Of a stretch of 64,000 nt of DNA, positions 13,801-26,810 are shown piece by piece; positions within the stretch are counted from its first letter, which is position 1; each line of letters starts with the position of its first letter. The notes under the pieces were generated by a model. The model was not told the origin of the DNA. It saw nothing but the letters and a program-made list of their open reading frames with translations, and did not search any database. The translations under genes were made by a program, and so were the position numbers. Source of the DNA: Oopsacas minuta (Eukaryota > Animalia > Porifera); NCBI GenBank assembly GCA_024704765.1, contig JAKMXF010000044.1:186001-250000 (forward strand). Reading direction: 5' to 3'.

Positions 13801-16800
13801 CTGGTGGATTGAACACACGCACACAGGGTGGGTTCCATGTGAGTCAGCTATTACACACAATTTTTTCCGTAATTCACAGAAGTTTGGAAACGTTATCTGA
13901 CATATTAGTTTAGATAATTTTCTTATTTTGAAATTATGATTACAAATCTTAGGGTCGAGGTAGTTATTTGTGAATTCTGAGCTAGCATTTCTTTTGAGTT
14001 CGAAAGTATTAAACGCTTCTGGACGTAAATTGATTATATACGCTTACGTGATCTTTCTTCTCAGGTATTTCCGTGTATACTTATCATCCTAATGGAATGA
14101 TTCGACAAATTTGATTGTTTCATCAGCTAACGCCTTTCTTATCAATCAATACCCATTGATACTTACTATCGTTAGTAGCGTCGAGAGAGGGGTGCTTGCC
14201 CGAGCCCATTAATATATGACCCTCTCTTTACCAGATATTTGTCAGACATCCTGAACATTGTTCAAAAGCGTTTCTATAATCAATACAAACCTTCATAGAA
14301 TTCCACTCTATATTTCCCTTACTAGATAGAATAATTATCATGATAGAATAATGAATAATACATCTGACCACTAAATAACTATTACTGAATTCTTTCAAAA
14401 TTGTTGAATGTATAACTACTTAAGTTAATGAATAAATTGACGAAATATTTTCCATTTATCATTGTCCCAAGATAAAATTTCAAGATAATCTGAGAGAGAA
14501 GGACAATGACTTTCAAATAAACAGTAGATGTTGTTAATATCTTAAATATAGAAGATGATTTAAGAGTATCAATTACTTCGTAAGCGAAAATAGTTCATAT
14601 TAATCTGAAAAATCCAAAATTCTAAATTATCATATTGGCTGCATAATTTTTCCATACAAGAAAATATTAGATTCTTAAAAATTGCCTAAGCACCAGCAAA
14701 TATAATCAATTTTCACATGCATCAATAAATGCGCTAAATTATGCACATTTCACACATTTTAGGCCTAGGCTGGCCAATCTTTTGGCTCAGTTTTAGAAGG
14801 TTTCGTTTCAATGTCGAATTTTGAGAAAAATATTTCCCTCGATCTATGTTCGCATAATTACGCGTATTAGTCAAAATGGGGAAACCAATGGTACAGGGAG
14901 ATGGAGAATCTTCGTGAACCTAAGGATGAACATTTAGCTCAAAAAATGACTAAGCTATGACCATTTTAAGTAAGGGATAGCTAAATTTTTGCTGATTACC
15001 AACTTCAAACAGTCAGACCTCAGTCAGTAAGGTACATGTTCAGCATTAGGTTAAGTAGAAAGCCCTAAGGATGGTAAATATCTTTCTAGCATTGATTTCT
15101 TCATAGCTCATAATTTGTCTAATAATTGTACGCATATAGACCGAGGTCAGTATTGATTTGAAATTTTGAATTGACAGATTTCACAATTAGGCCAAAAATA
15201 GGCCAAAATGTGTGGAGCATGTATAATTTTGCCGATTTTAACATGTAAAAATTAAGTGAATTTGCTGATAATTTGAGTAACTCTATTCTATCCAACATTT
15301 ACCAATAGAAATATTGTATGTACTCTTTACAGCATTAGTATATATATATTGAATATTTCTATTCATAAATGAGTAAGGGGCCCCAGAAATACCTTGGAAA
15401 CCAACAAAGATTGCCTTCAATCTTCATCTGTATCATCAGCTTTGCATGGTAAGAAACCAAGGTTAATTTCTTCGGTACAACAACAACGGACTAGGTTATA
15501 ATCAATATGTGTATATTTGCAAAACACTGCAATGAACAAATAGATAATGCTTATTGAGATTGCCGCATAATTATAGCAACTGATAGCCATGCTAACCGTC
15601 CGGTTGCAAAAGTTGCGAAAGAAATAGTCAGCGGTAGGCTGAACAATCATCAAGATCATATAGGTTCCAGTTGATAAAGCTTAATTCCTGCTTGATCTAC
15701 TCGAGATGGGTTGAAGAAATTATACACAACTACCTCACTTATTACTGAAGGACAAACATAACTTTCCATCATATAATAATTTTGAAGTTCTACGTAACTT
15801 TGTATTTTCGCGACCTTCTATATGTATATATCCTGTAAAGCCATTGGTTTTAGATACTTCATATTCCCTTCAAGTTCAACTAACCTTAGAAAGGATACTA
15901 TCTAATAGAGATCTCCCAACCAATATTGACTTACACTGACCTAAAAGAATAGCAGATGGACAGAGCCTCTCATGCTACAAGTGGCGTACCCGCAGGGCTG
16001 ATTTTGGCATACAAGAGTATTTTTGGGGCTGGCCCGGACAAGTTCGTGTCTTGGACGAAATTCACAACTGAAGGGGGATGCCCTTTGCAAAGTATGCTCT
16101 GAGATCAAGTATAAGGAAATTATCAAAATTTCGAAATGTGGAAAATATTCAACATTGTACAATAATGATGACTCAATAAACTGCTAATTTCATGATGAGC
16201 TGCATTAGATAGTCATCACGTCGGTACATCTGGCATATTGGGGGTATCAAATATGTATATCAGCTAAGCAGTGTCCAATAATGTAATATTGATAATCCAT
16301 AAAGCAGGGATATCGAGATTTCAGCAATCGATACTTTTCTTTATCAATCCAATCGAGAAATTCATCTAAATTTTTCATCGATATTTATGGATACTTTAAT
16401 CGGAAATGAAACGATATTTTCGCCAACTATTATCGATTTTTTTACCTCTATCTTTCGAATTATCTAGTTTTTCTCAGAAGTGCAAAACAAAACAGACATT
16501 GACATTCAATTGAGAATCCAATTCATTCCAAATTTCAATATTCTATCAATATTTTCATCGATATTTTTGACCGTGAATTTATATCCCACAACAGCACACA
16601 TCCGCGTAGCAGGCTTATTCTAGTGGCCAGGTTACTCCATTAAATCTATAGATAAAGATTACAGCATGCGAAAGGATAAGCGATAACTATATTTATTATA
16701 TATAAAGAAATTTAAAATTCCATTCAAAAATATCTAAAAATATAGAGAAAAAGATAAGGTACCTGTCGATGTGCCAAATGTGCTGACACGCGAACGACAT

Positions 16801-16899
16801 AATATAAAAACTGGAAATTTCAATTATTTTTTGGATTAGGGATAAAAAGAAGTGCATAGTTGATTCGAAGTCAATAACTCATGAGCTTAGCAACTCTAT

Positions 16900-17440
16900 T
16901 GAAGCCATAATCAAGTTTCACAAATATGATGTGAATCATGGGAAGAATCATACATACCACATCTAGAAATTATTTCAGGTCGAAAAGACGTCATATGATC
17001 GCAAAATAGGCTGATATGATGTAAAATGCTAACGTAATAAAGCGAAATATGTTGATCTTTGATTTCTAAGTTGAATCAGGTAATATTCGAAATATATATT
17101 TATACAACATATCAAAAATTTGTGTGATAAAGTTGTCTAGTTCTTGAGTTATAGCTGAAAGCATGGACATCTGTCAATATTCACCTATAACTCGATAATC
17201 GTTACAGTTATAGTCCTATCAAAATAGCTAAAGTATAATACAGACCCACTTCCAATTATATTTTGATATGACATCTTGTATCATTGTGACGTAATCCTGA
17301 ATATGCCCAATTATAGTCATTTTCAAGATTGCACAATAATCTTCAGAGATATCACATCAAAATATATCCTCAAGGGAATGGGAAGCTGGGTATGTCATAT
17401 TATTTGGCTATCTTAATAAAACTGTAACTCTAACGATTAT
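16900..17440. repeat. Foldback element, family FB-A copy
   Basis: Palindromic core AATCGTTACAGTTAT...ACCCACTTCC...GGAAGCTGGGT...ACTGTAACTCTAACGATT. The outer arm matches the reverse complement of 10040-10140 (AAAAGACGTC..GATCGCA.AATAGGC.GATATG). Confidence 0.7.
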
Positions 17441-17444
17441 CGCG

Positions 17445-19611
17445 GGGGCGCAGCATTTGTTAGAATTTTTAGACAATCATTCGTTAGAATTTTCCCAACT
17501 GTCACTTGTTAGAATGGTTTTTCAGGTTACCATCAAAATCCATTAAATCCACGTCTATTCGTCACCATTTCTGGAATCTGATTCTTTGTTAAATAAACAA
17601 CTATCTTGTTTTTTGACTGCCACTTCAAGTATGAAACGTATACACCAACGTCCAAATAGAGTATAAATTCATAACTCAACTGTTGTAATATATTAAGGTC
17701 ATGGACTACACATTAGATTAATACAAGCGTAGTGTCGGAAGAATTTTTACAACTCAGGATGGTAACAAATATATTACATCATAAGTAAAGGGCAGCTTTG
17801 CGTATCTACGATGTGTGTTGTTTAGAGGTGGGTGTAAGGGTTCTAGTAAACTTAATCATGAACCCAATTAGATCATACCTTTGAATTTGCATAATCATAA
17901 TGTCGAAAAGTATCAAACAGAAGTTTATCAATTGAAAACAAAATGCAAAACTATGACCGAGAGTTCACAAACTAAACTTCAAGAGTTTCTGACGATGTTA
18001 CAAAAAATGATCCTTGCGCAAGTGATAGCTCCTTTACAGAATACGAGTCATCCCTCTATCGAGCGAGACGAAAATTACAACCGAGAATTTCGCTTACAGC
18101 TTCCGAGTGTGTTGCTATGTTGCCAACAACAACATTGGGGAAATATATAAGTATAACGTATTGACAAGTGTACAAACAGGTGTGATCTTTTTCAGAGCAG
18201 GTGCAGACATTTTTGGACGAGGTGACCAATGTTCAATTTGATGGAACTTTTTTTAACGTTCCAACTCAATTCTCTCAGCTCTGGATAATATTTGTTCAGT
18301 GAGGAGAGATACTCTACCGGCTGTGCATTGTTCAATGGTATCCAAGACCCAGGAATTATATCAAGCAGTATTGGAAAGTATCATTATTAATGCTCCAAAA
18401 TTCCGATCATTAGCGACTATGTCAGATTGGGAACCAGCAGCAAGAAATGCTTTTAAGGTAGTGTTCCCTCAAGCGAGAATTTACGGTTGCTAGTTTCATT
18501 ATACCCAGCAAATTTGTGATAAATCACAAAAATTTGGTCTTATCCAAAGTTTTGGAGATAATCCAGAAGTACTGACTGCATGAAACAATTAATAGCAATC
18601 CCGTTTTTACCAGCTCCCCTAATTATTCCCACTTTCAACTTCCTTCTAATCCAGTCATAGAAAATACTGAGAAATCAAACTCGAAAAACTTAAGAACTAT
18701 TGCAAAACGTTGGATCAATCAAATACCTCGGAGGAACTTTCTATTTATGAATTCAACATCGCTACAAATATGGGGCAGAAAGCTATCATTCTAAACTGAA
18801 ATCCATTGTGAGAACCAATAACCCAGGGACATGGACATTCATAGGAACTCTAAATGAATAATACAAGATACAGATAATGATATAGGACGCTTACGGTAGG
18901 GAAGAGAAATCAGCAGGACGCGAAAATAAACAGAACATAAAAAATGAAGAGCGTAGGAATATTTGCAAACAGAAATTGTCTTGTGGAGACTACAACCCGA
19001 TTGAATTCCTGAAAGCGATTAGCAACATAATTTCGCAAGAACATTCTTCATCAAGTGATTCTGATTATTCTGACTAAGGAAATGTTGAGGCAACTGGAGA
19101 AATACACAAGTGCGTTATTTGTCTTGCTCGTCATATAGAAACATGGATCTTCATGCCGTGTAGTCATGCCACCTGTTGTACGGAGTGTAGCAAATCAATT
19201 GAAGAACTGGGACACCCTTGTCCAATGTGCCATTCGATAATCGAAACACGCTTTCAATTATTCACTAGTTAATAAAATTTAAGATTATGATCTTTCATTA
19301 TATATAATTATTTCATCTTCAAGTAATTATATTATTACTATATTTTCCAGATATATCATTAAAGCTATCATTTATCTTCACGAAATATATTATCAATACA
19401 TAAAAATTCATCAAAAAATAATACCGATATACATAGTTGAAACTAAAAATAATACATATATGCACTGATACTAACAGAAAATTTATTCAAAATTTCTAAA
19501 AGTGACTGTCAATTGAAAATCCATTCCAACAAGTGACAGTCGATTGAAATACATTTCTAAGAAGTGATAGTCGATTGAAAATACATTCTAGCAAGTCACA
19601 GTTGCTGTTCC
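17445..19611 (+). mobile_element. MULE/Mutator element: zinc finger + DDE transposase + C-terminal RING finger, pseudogenised
   Basis: CDS relic 17701-19272 with YLRC..GGCKG..HNH, FDGTF, MSDWEPAARNAFK, YGC*FHY, AESYH and a final C3HC4 RING (19111-19272). Subterminal inverted tandem repeats ACTGTCACTTGTTRGAATG at both ends. No TSD found; left boundary approximate. Confidence 0.88.
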
Positions 19612-19859
19612 TAGTATCTTTCCAAATTGTCCAACCTATTTTCACAGATGCAGTTGCTGAAAGCCCAAGGCTATCTCTAGACGATAAAGAGGAGAAGAGG
19701 ATGCAGGATGTATAGAAGAAAAGTTGAGCAGAAATTCAAGAGGCAGAAGCTAATTTCATGATTTCAAGTCTTAGTTGTAATATGTCTAAGTTGCACATGA
19801 TCGAGCTCCCAAACGGTTAGCTTTTCCATCACCCTGTTTCTTCTATTATATTATTTCTT

Positions 19860-22140
19860 AAGATTCAATTTTGTAAGTTTCTTTAGCTCTCGTCTTCACC
19901 AATCAATAATATCAGGTTATTAGAAAACATTATACATGAAGTTGATGTAATTGAAATTTTTCCAAGTGCTAATATAAATACCTCTGCAACATCTCTGATA
20001 CGACATGTGGAGAACTCTATTCATAGTCTTGCTCAGACCACACTGATTTCAAGTTGTATTTCGAAATCGCTGAGGCTTCTTTACAAATGCGTCTTACTTT
20101 TTTGCTCGATCAGTTGAAATATCTAATCATTGGTGAACAAGCTTGACGTTATAACATCATCACCCAGGTCTTTTGTTTCAAAATTCACGGCATTTTTCCA
20201 GCTTGTTACCGTCTCATTCAGGGCTCTAATTGCTTAACTTTTCTTCATGAGCGTATCTGTTGAAAGTAAAAACTAGTTGGGCTTAGAGAGTGATAATACA
20301 AGAATACCACTATATTCAATGATTTAGAACGCCATGTTATTCCTCAAATGGATGAGGTACATATCCCTGGTAATGCATCATATAAGGGAGGGAGGGTAAT
20401 TGGGTCGATTGACAATCCTAATGATCCATATGCCACAGTTTTCTCAATTATGCTTTCTAGTCTATCGGCCAAGTTCTCTACCATTGTTCGGTTGATTCCT
20501 TTGAGTTCTTCTTGAACTAAATCATTATATCTTATTGTCAGGTCTACTATCTGTGATATATAAATTTGCGGTCTATTTGTAGAAGCTGTGAGTACTGACA
20601 ACTATCCACTGAACGTTCCTTTGTACAATTTGTTTTCAACTAGTTCGAAACTGGAGCCAAAAGTACAACACCCCTGCAACCCACATAGAAATTTAATTTT
20701 GCTTTTTGATAATGTTCATATCATTAAGTGCATCCGAAATAATTGGTTGAATATCAAAAATATTGACAACACTTTCATTTTCCCGAAGTTCAACGAATGT
20801 CTAGTAAGTATTCAAAATATCATTGATACTAACAAAAAATTTTACCTCTCCATCCCTAGAGCCAGCATTTTACTGCCAATTTGACCTCCAAATCTGTAAA
20901 TCCAGATATTTGTTACGCTCGTTGTCAAGATATACGAGATTTGTATAGATCGGATAGATGTAATTTATTGAAACGAGCACCAAAATTAACAGCGAAAGCT
21001 TGTTGGCCCTCAAGCTTAGAACGGCATAATTTCAGTTTTGCATTGAAAATTTTTCCTGAGACAACATCTGCCAGCCTATTAGCGTGGAAAATCGAAAATG
21101 ACATCAAAAACATCAATCAAACAGTAGATTTTCTTGATCTTAGTAACCGGGTATGGAAAATATTCAATGTGAACTGCGTTGGGAAAAATATCCGTTTCAA
21201 TGATGAATTTTCAGCTCCAATATACCCAGACATTTTTCGGTTGCAATTATTTAACAACGTGGTGGTTTCCTGGTTGGATACTTGTGTTAATCTACCGTTT
21301 TTGGTTGGGAAATTGCCACCACAAACCTTTACCAGCTTTTGACATACATGTGAGGCTTTACCACTACTAGTCAAACAATTAACTGAAAATTGTAGGCACC
21401 AATATCTTCTTAATGTAAGAATACAAAATGAGGCTTTAGAATACCATTTTGGATCATACAGACAAATGTCAGGGTCTCATTATCAAATATCTTTTAACCC
21501 AGTTTCAGAAAGCGAACGAAGACTCCAACTTTCAACCTTTCAATGGTTTTTGATATAATAATACGGTTTGGGAGGTAACGTTTCACTAAAGAATACCTTA
21601 GGAAATTGGCAGACGATTGTGAGTGTACTAGTGACGAAAAGCAACTCAATATAGAACCTTATATGACATTATTGAATGATATCTTGCCTATTGAATTAGA
21701 AGTTTCTCAGATTGAATGCTTCATCAATATAGCAGGATAGGCAGTCTTCTCTTACATAAAAAAGTCAAATACTTGTCAATCATGTCACGATCATTTAAAA
21801 CAGATAGACTCTAGAAGTTAATAATGAAGTTGGTTCCCAATATGCTTTGATGAATTTAGTAGATCGAGGTTCTCTTAAATATCCTTCTTTTTGTGTAGTA
21901 AAATCTGTTACTTTCTTGTTTAAAGCCTTTCAGATGATAGATAACTGTGATTCCCTCAGCAAGAAATTCTATTCTGCACAGTCCATAGTTTGTTGGTACT
22001 CATTTCTAGACAATCGTTTCATACAGATATACTGATGTTTGTAATGATTGTTGCTTCTGTGGCGTTTGGAATCGGGACATATTGAAGAAATAGTGTGTTA
22101 TATGGTCAAATATAATCTTGTCGAAGAGGGTCCGCATTAA
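19860..22140 (+). pseudogene. P-element (THAP9-like) transposase relic
   Basis: QMDEVHI...YKGG, STDNYPLNV, LLFDNVHIIKCIRNNWLN, PKLTAKACWPSSLERHNFSFALKIF, NEALEYHFGSYRQMSG and LVDRGSLKYPS. Many stops and frameshifts. No THAP domain or TIRs identified; boundaries approximate. Confidence 0.85.
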
Positions 22141-22304
22141 AATTTTATGGTTTAAAATTGGGATAATACTAAGCTTAGAAATACAAATAATTATTCTTTC
22201 TTCTTTTTTGGATCATTTTACTGTTAGAAGTTTGTGTAGAAGACTGAAGCTATTGTATTGTTATTCGATTTGTTATATCCAGCTGGACGTTTATGATAGT
22301 ATAA

Positions 22305-22335
22305 TATATTACTACTACTGCTACTACTACTACTA
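22305..22335. repeat. (TAC)n microsatellite
   Basis: TTACTACTACTGCTACTACTACTACTA. Confidence 0.8.
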
Positions 22336-23825
22336 AGAGAAAGTATTATGTTATTTGTTGTATACTACACATGTGTATTGTACTGTTAACTACATTATTT
22401 GACTTATTAAAATCTATTATGTTGACTTTTAATATTCAAATTTTAATAAATCAGGCCGGGTGTGGTAAATCATCTAAACTGATGATTAATAATTACTAGA
22501 AACGCAGTAGAATCAAACCAATAGCTAATACATTGTACTTTGAAAGTCGATGGTAATGACAACCCATGGTCCAAAATTTCAATAGAGTGTCATTGCCTGA
22601 GTATATAGAATGCTATACGTTAGTATTGTTCACTTATCAACCCATTAGGCCATAACGTGACGTCTTCTCGAACTGAAAATGTTTCTATGTGCGAAATGTG
22701 TGATTTAATACATCATATTTGTGAAACTTGATGATAGGTTCAAAATAATTGCTAATATCATGAGTTATTGTCTCCACTTAACTACAATGCACTTCAAATT
22801 TGTTCCAGGCCCAGAATTAATTGTAGTTTCTAGTCCTAATATTAAGTAGTTCACGCCCGACCCAATAATTTTCCTCAAATGCTAACTCATCATGGAATAA
22901 ACACGTCATCATGATTACGCAAAACATCACATTTTCTGATTTCGTTATTTTCAGAATTTCATAATACTCGAAGCACGATTTACACAGATTATTATGCCAA
23001 AGCGACGTAGAAGCTTCAGTATCACCAAAGAAACCCATTAAACGAAATTTGGGTAGACCATGGACGATGAAATATTAAAATTAAGCTATTCTGTCTCGTA
23101 GCGACCAATAACATTCTAAATTTAGCTGTTTAATACTTAAGCTAACCTGGAGCACTAAGCTCTTTCGCACTTGCCAGTAAAAGTGATAATTTGTCGATAA
23201 ATATCCAATCTATAAATATCAGCAACAAGCCAATCGACGATACAACCCATATGAAATGTGCCAATCAACAATAGATAATTGTCTCGATTGGATTAGATGA
23301 GGATACCTGCCCAAGAAATGATAATTACGTCATAAATTCGAATTCTATTTCGTGATAATGACCTGGGTGTAGTCAGTAGGGGGCCACAGGGGCACGTACA
23401 GCCCCATCGTCAATGAATAAACAAATTAATTGGTAGACTAATTTTATTATGGAATACGATAACAAGCAGAATTGGCAGATACTGGCAAATTTTACACTTA
23501 TTTGTGCTTTGCTTCTAACGGAATTGTCCTATTTGTCTTTGTCTAAGTTTCTAGAGCCCACATACCGAGAGCTGGGAGTTAAGCAACAGTCGGAAAACGC
23601 GGGCTACTCCACCGATAGTAAGGAAATATCAAATAATGAAATGAATTCCATAAGTAGGATAGACAAAATATTTAACAAAAGTGAATGGCATACATATTAC
23701 CACAATTGTTGAAATCTACTAATGGGTATAATGAAATTCTAAAATACACATAGTTTGGATATAATAAACAGATTTTCTGTTAATAGAGATTATGACAAAT
23801 TCTTAACTCAATGTACAACGGACAA

Positions 23826-26810
23826 TCAAGTGGAATAGGTAGATTTGATTGTATTGATGATAGAAAAACCTATTGTATCATTTTCACATATTGTTTTTAA
23901 TATATCATTTGTAATAACATTCCGAAATGATGGTAGAGAAATAAATTTGTTAAAATTATCTTCTTGATTAATTGGTGAGGATGATCGTAAGTTTTTGAGA
24001 AAAAATATAAAAATTGAAGAATGAAAATGCCGAGGTATAAATTCGAATGCTGAACAAAATATAGTGGCCAACCATTCCAACATTTCGAAACGTATGAAGT
24101 TGAGATGATGGGATAAGAGTATTTCTATGATAAACATTGGTTTCATAAAAAAGCTAATCTTCATATCAGTATAAATCTTATCAAGGAAGTTTAATAAACT
24201 ATCCCTTGTTTTCATATCGTTGAAGGTATTCTTAAAGTCTATAGGCTGAATAAAATGAGTCTTTATATAATCTTGGCAAAATATAGACAATCTAAGTTCT
24301 TCATAAAGGGCAGAAGCATTTCCTAGTAGATCGGTCAATACATCGTCAGATATATTGTGGACCGAATTAGTTATCATAGAAACCAGTAGCTGAGCATTTT
24401 CAGTATACGAAAAATGCAGGAACGATACAACAGTATCGAGGAAATCATTATGAGAAAGTAAATTTACTAATAAAACCAGAGAGAGGTGTGTAACCTGAGA
24501 GTACAAGGAAAAAACCACCTCAAATACAAATTCAAATATCAACGGACAATCTTCAGGAATATCTTCATCAATAATATGTTTTATAACTAATAAAATACCT
24601 TCATTTAAATGCTCTTCAGATAAAACATTTTGCTGATAACAATTTACTAGTAGGCTAGCCAAGGTAGATCTCAATTTCCCCCCAGTTACATTGAGTGAAA
24701 GAAAGAATCCGCATACGATTAATGAATGCTGAGGAGGGGAGTATGTAACTAGAAGAAACTGACGAACTTCATCGAAATCATGTAAATGATCATATTCCTT
24801 CAAAATTGATGTAGAACCACTGATCAATAAGTCTGTAGATTCATTAAAACTCACATTCGATTGTTCAGTAGTAGATACAACAGGAAGTTCAGAAGAAATA
24901 TCTGGATCTAATCTAAAAGATTCCTTGATATCTTTATACTTATTAGGCCAATTACTACTAGGACGAAATTTAATTTCGTCATGTTTTTTCAATGAAGGGA
25001 GTCTAGATGTTGATATCTTTGCGCTTGAATAGGTATCATCAGGTTTGTCAATTTTGGGAGTAAGCTGAGAATATGGACTCTCTTTAAGTGGGACCAAAGG
25101 AGGCACGGATTGTAGAGTATTTATATTATGTAATTCGTCGAGAGTTTTGGGAATTTCCTTTTCCCGTCTTTCACACCACCCAGCCGACCGTAAATCAATT
25201 AAATTCATAAGAAGATACTTAACTCTAGTTGACATAAAACCTCTATTCATCAAATGTTGAATTCTTTCGAAATATTGGTCAATACGATCCTTGGCTTCAG
25301 GTTTGTCGATATCCATTCCCACAACATTAAATAATGAACATAATTCCTCTAAATAATCATCAGTTGGGCGACCCTTCAATAATCGAACTGTACACTCATG
25401 GATAATATTTTCAGAGAGCATATTTAATCGATATAATTGCCCAATTAGTCTCACATTCCCTAAAGAGTGTTTGTGAACTTCTTTTTCCTTTAATTGATAC
25501 TCGTCACTCAACAATACCTTTTGTTCCATATCAGTACACGATTCCAATTTCAACTTCATTTGAATCAATTGTTCATTGTCATTTTTATCTTTTTCAAATT
25601 CTTGTTGGCATATAGTAAGAAGGCATCTGCGAAAGGTAACTTGTTTAGCATCGAAAATCGTATTCTCAGAATCAAATGTATTGGAATCTTCACGAATAAA
25701 GATCTTTGCCATGTCATTGCAAAGTCTGGCATAAAATTCACAATATATCGGCTCATTGATAGATTTACTGAAAATACAATGAATAAAGTTCTCAAGATCT
25801 TCAATTGTCTCAGCAGTAGCAACGAGGTCAATAGCTTTCTTTGATAACTTTTCATAATTTTCAGGTGTAATTCTGTTTAGTATCCAGGTAAGCCTTTCAT
25901 TCATCTTATCTTTCTCCCTAGATTTCGCAGAAGGATTCAAAGAGAAGAGATGGTGCGAATGGGTAGGCTGTCTATAAAAAAACAATTCTGAAATACAAAT
26001 ACAAAGAAATTTCGAAAGCTTGATTTCACTTGGAACATCAAACTTTGAAGCTAAATCCGGCTGTAGATCTAAAATTATGTCACGTGAGTATTCATATCGA
26101 ATCAAGGAAGGTTCATGCATTGAAACATGGTGTTGATTAGTATGCAATTTAGGAATTATTGGTGTATCGTCAATATCTTTGGGAATAGAAGGTAAAATAT
26201 CTTGTAATCCATTTGAATTAGGGAACTCCATAGACGGAACAACACCCTCAGCATGGATTTTAGGACTTTGTAAAGTATCATCTGTAATAATGAATCCGTC
26301 ATCATGAAATTCTTCATCACTTAATGCATCGGGGGTTAATGCAACGGAAACTTTAGATTTAAACTCATCCTTTATTTTATTCTCAGGGGATCTATCAATA
26401 TCTTTTATAGCAGCAGAAGCAATGAGTTGACGAAATTCCTGTTGCTTCTTTAATTTTTCTTGCTTAGGTGAGTTTGATAGATTTGTTTGTAAGGAGTCAT
26501 CGATAACATTTAAAGAGCCACTATTTCTTTCTACGCAAATCTCCTCCTTTGTACTGGGGTCTATAATTTGAAGTATTTTTTTTTCCCGTTTCGGGACAAA
26601 ATCACGATTATTAAGAAAAATATTATGGGGATAATACGTGGAAGGTATTCTACCCCTTTGAGGAGGAGTCAATCCCGCGATAATTTGAATGTCTTGTGGA
26701 GATTGGACATACTGTTGAAAGGGTGGCATTGGAGAAGTAGCAGGATAAGCAAAGGGAAATTGAATAGGCCACGGATAAGGTACTCCAGAAGTGAATTCAC
26801 TCATATCCAT
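23826..26810 (-). CDS. EIF4G: Eukaryotic translation initiation factor 4 gamma (eIF4G), single 994-aa ORF
   Basis: Pro/Gln-rich N-terminus; PABP-site-like KREKKILQIIDP; eIF4E-site-like YSRDIIL; MIF4G domain (ILNRITPENY, IFSKSINEP.YCEFYARLC, FRRCLLTICQQEFEK, SLGNVRLIGQLY, RVKYLLMNLIDLR); MA3-like region from SILKEY.HLHDFDEV. Confidence 0.93.
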   Translation of the reverse strand: MDMSEFTSGVPYPWPIQFPFAYPATSPMPPFQQYVQSPQDIQIIAGLTPPQRGRIPSTYYPHNIFLNNRDFVPKREKKILQIIDPSTKEEICVERNSGSLNVIDDSLQTNLSNSPKQEKLKKQQEFRQLIASAAIKDIDRSPENKIKDEFKSKVSVALTPDALSDEEFHDDGFIITDDTLQSPKIHAEGVVPSMEFPNSNGLQDILPSIPKDIDDTPIIPKLHTNQHHVSMHEPSLIRYEYSRDIILDLQPDLASKFDVPSEIKLSKFLCICISELFFYRQPTHSHHLFSLNPSAKSREKDKMNERLTWILNRITPENYEKLSKKAIDLVATAETIEDLENFIHCIFSKSINEPIYCEFYARLCNDMAKIFIREDSNTFDSENTIFDAKQVTFRRCLLTICQQEFEKDKNDNEQLIQMKLKLESCTDMEQKVLLSDEYQLKEKEVHKHSLGNVRLIGQLYRLNMLSENIIHECTVRLLKGRPTDDYLEELCSLFNVVGMDIDKPEAKDRIDQYFERIQHLMNRGFMSTRVKYLLMNLIDLRSAGWCERREKEIPKTLDELHNINTLQSVPPLVPLKESPYSQLTPKIDKPDDTYSSAKISTSRLPSLKKHDEIKFRPSSNWPNKYKDIKESFRLDPDISSELPVVSTTEQSNVSFNESTDLLISGSTSILKEYDHLHDFDEVRQFLLVTYSPPQHSLIVCGFFLSLNVTGGKLRSTLASLLVNCYQQNVLSEEHLNEGILLVIKHIIDEDIPEDCPLIFEFVFEVVFSLYSQVTHLSLVLLVNLLSHNDFLDTVVSFLHFSYTENAQLLVSMITNSVHNISDDVLTDLLGNASALYEELRLSIFCQDYIKTHFIQPIDFKNTFNDMKTRDSLLNFLDKIYTDMKISFFMKPMFIIEILLSHHLNFIRFEMLEWLATIFCSAFEFIPRHFHSSIFIFFLKNLRSSSPINQEDNFNKFISLPSFRNVITNDILKTICENDTIGFSIINTIKSTYST

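Noticed and set aside
15400-15740. Possible DIRS-type recombinase or other TE coding fragment on the minus strand
   Set aside because: Only vague similarity, many stops and no catalytic motif.
22470-22515. CTGATGA...GAAACGCAGTA hammerhead-like core
   Set aside because: Neither stem II nor stem I can be paired convincingly.
23449-23712. 87-aa ATG ORF convergent with eIF4G
   Set aside because: No motif, and a length expected by chance. It would need transcript evidence.
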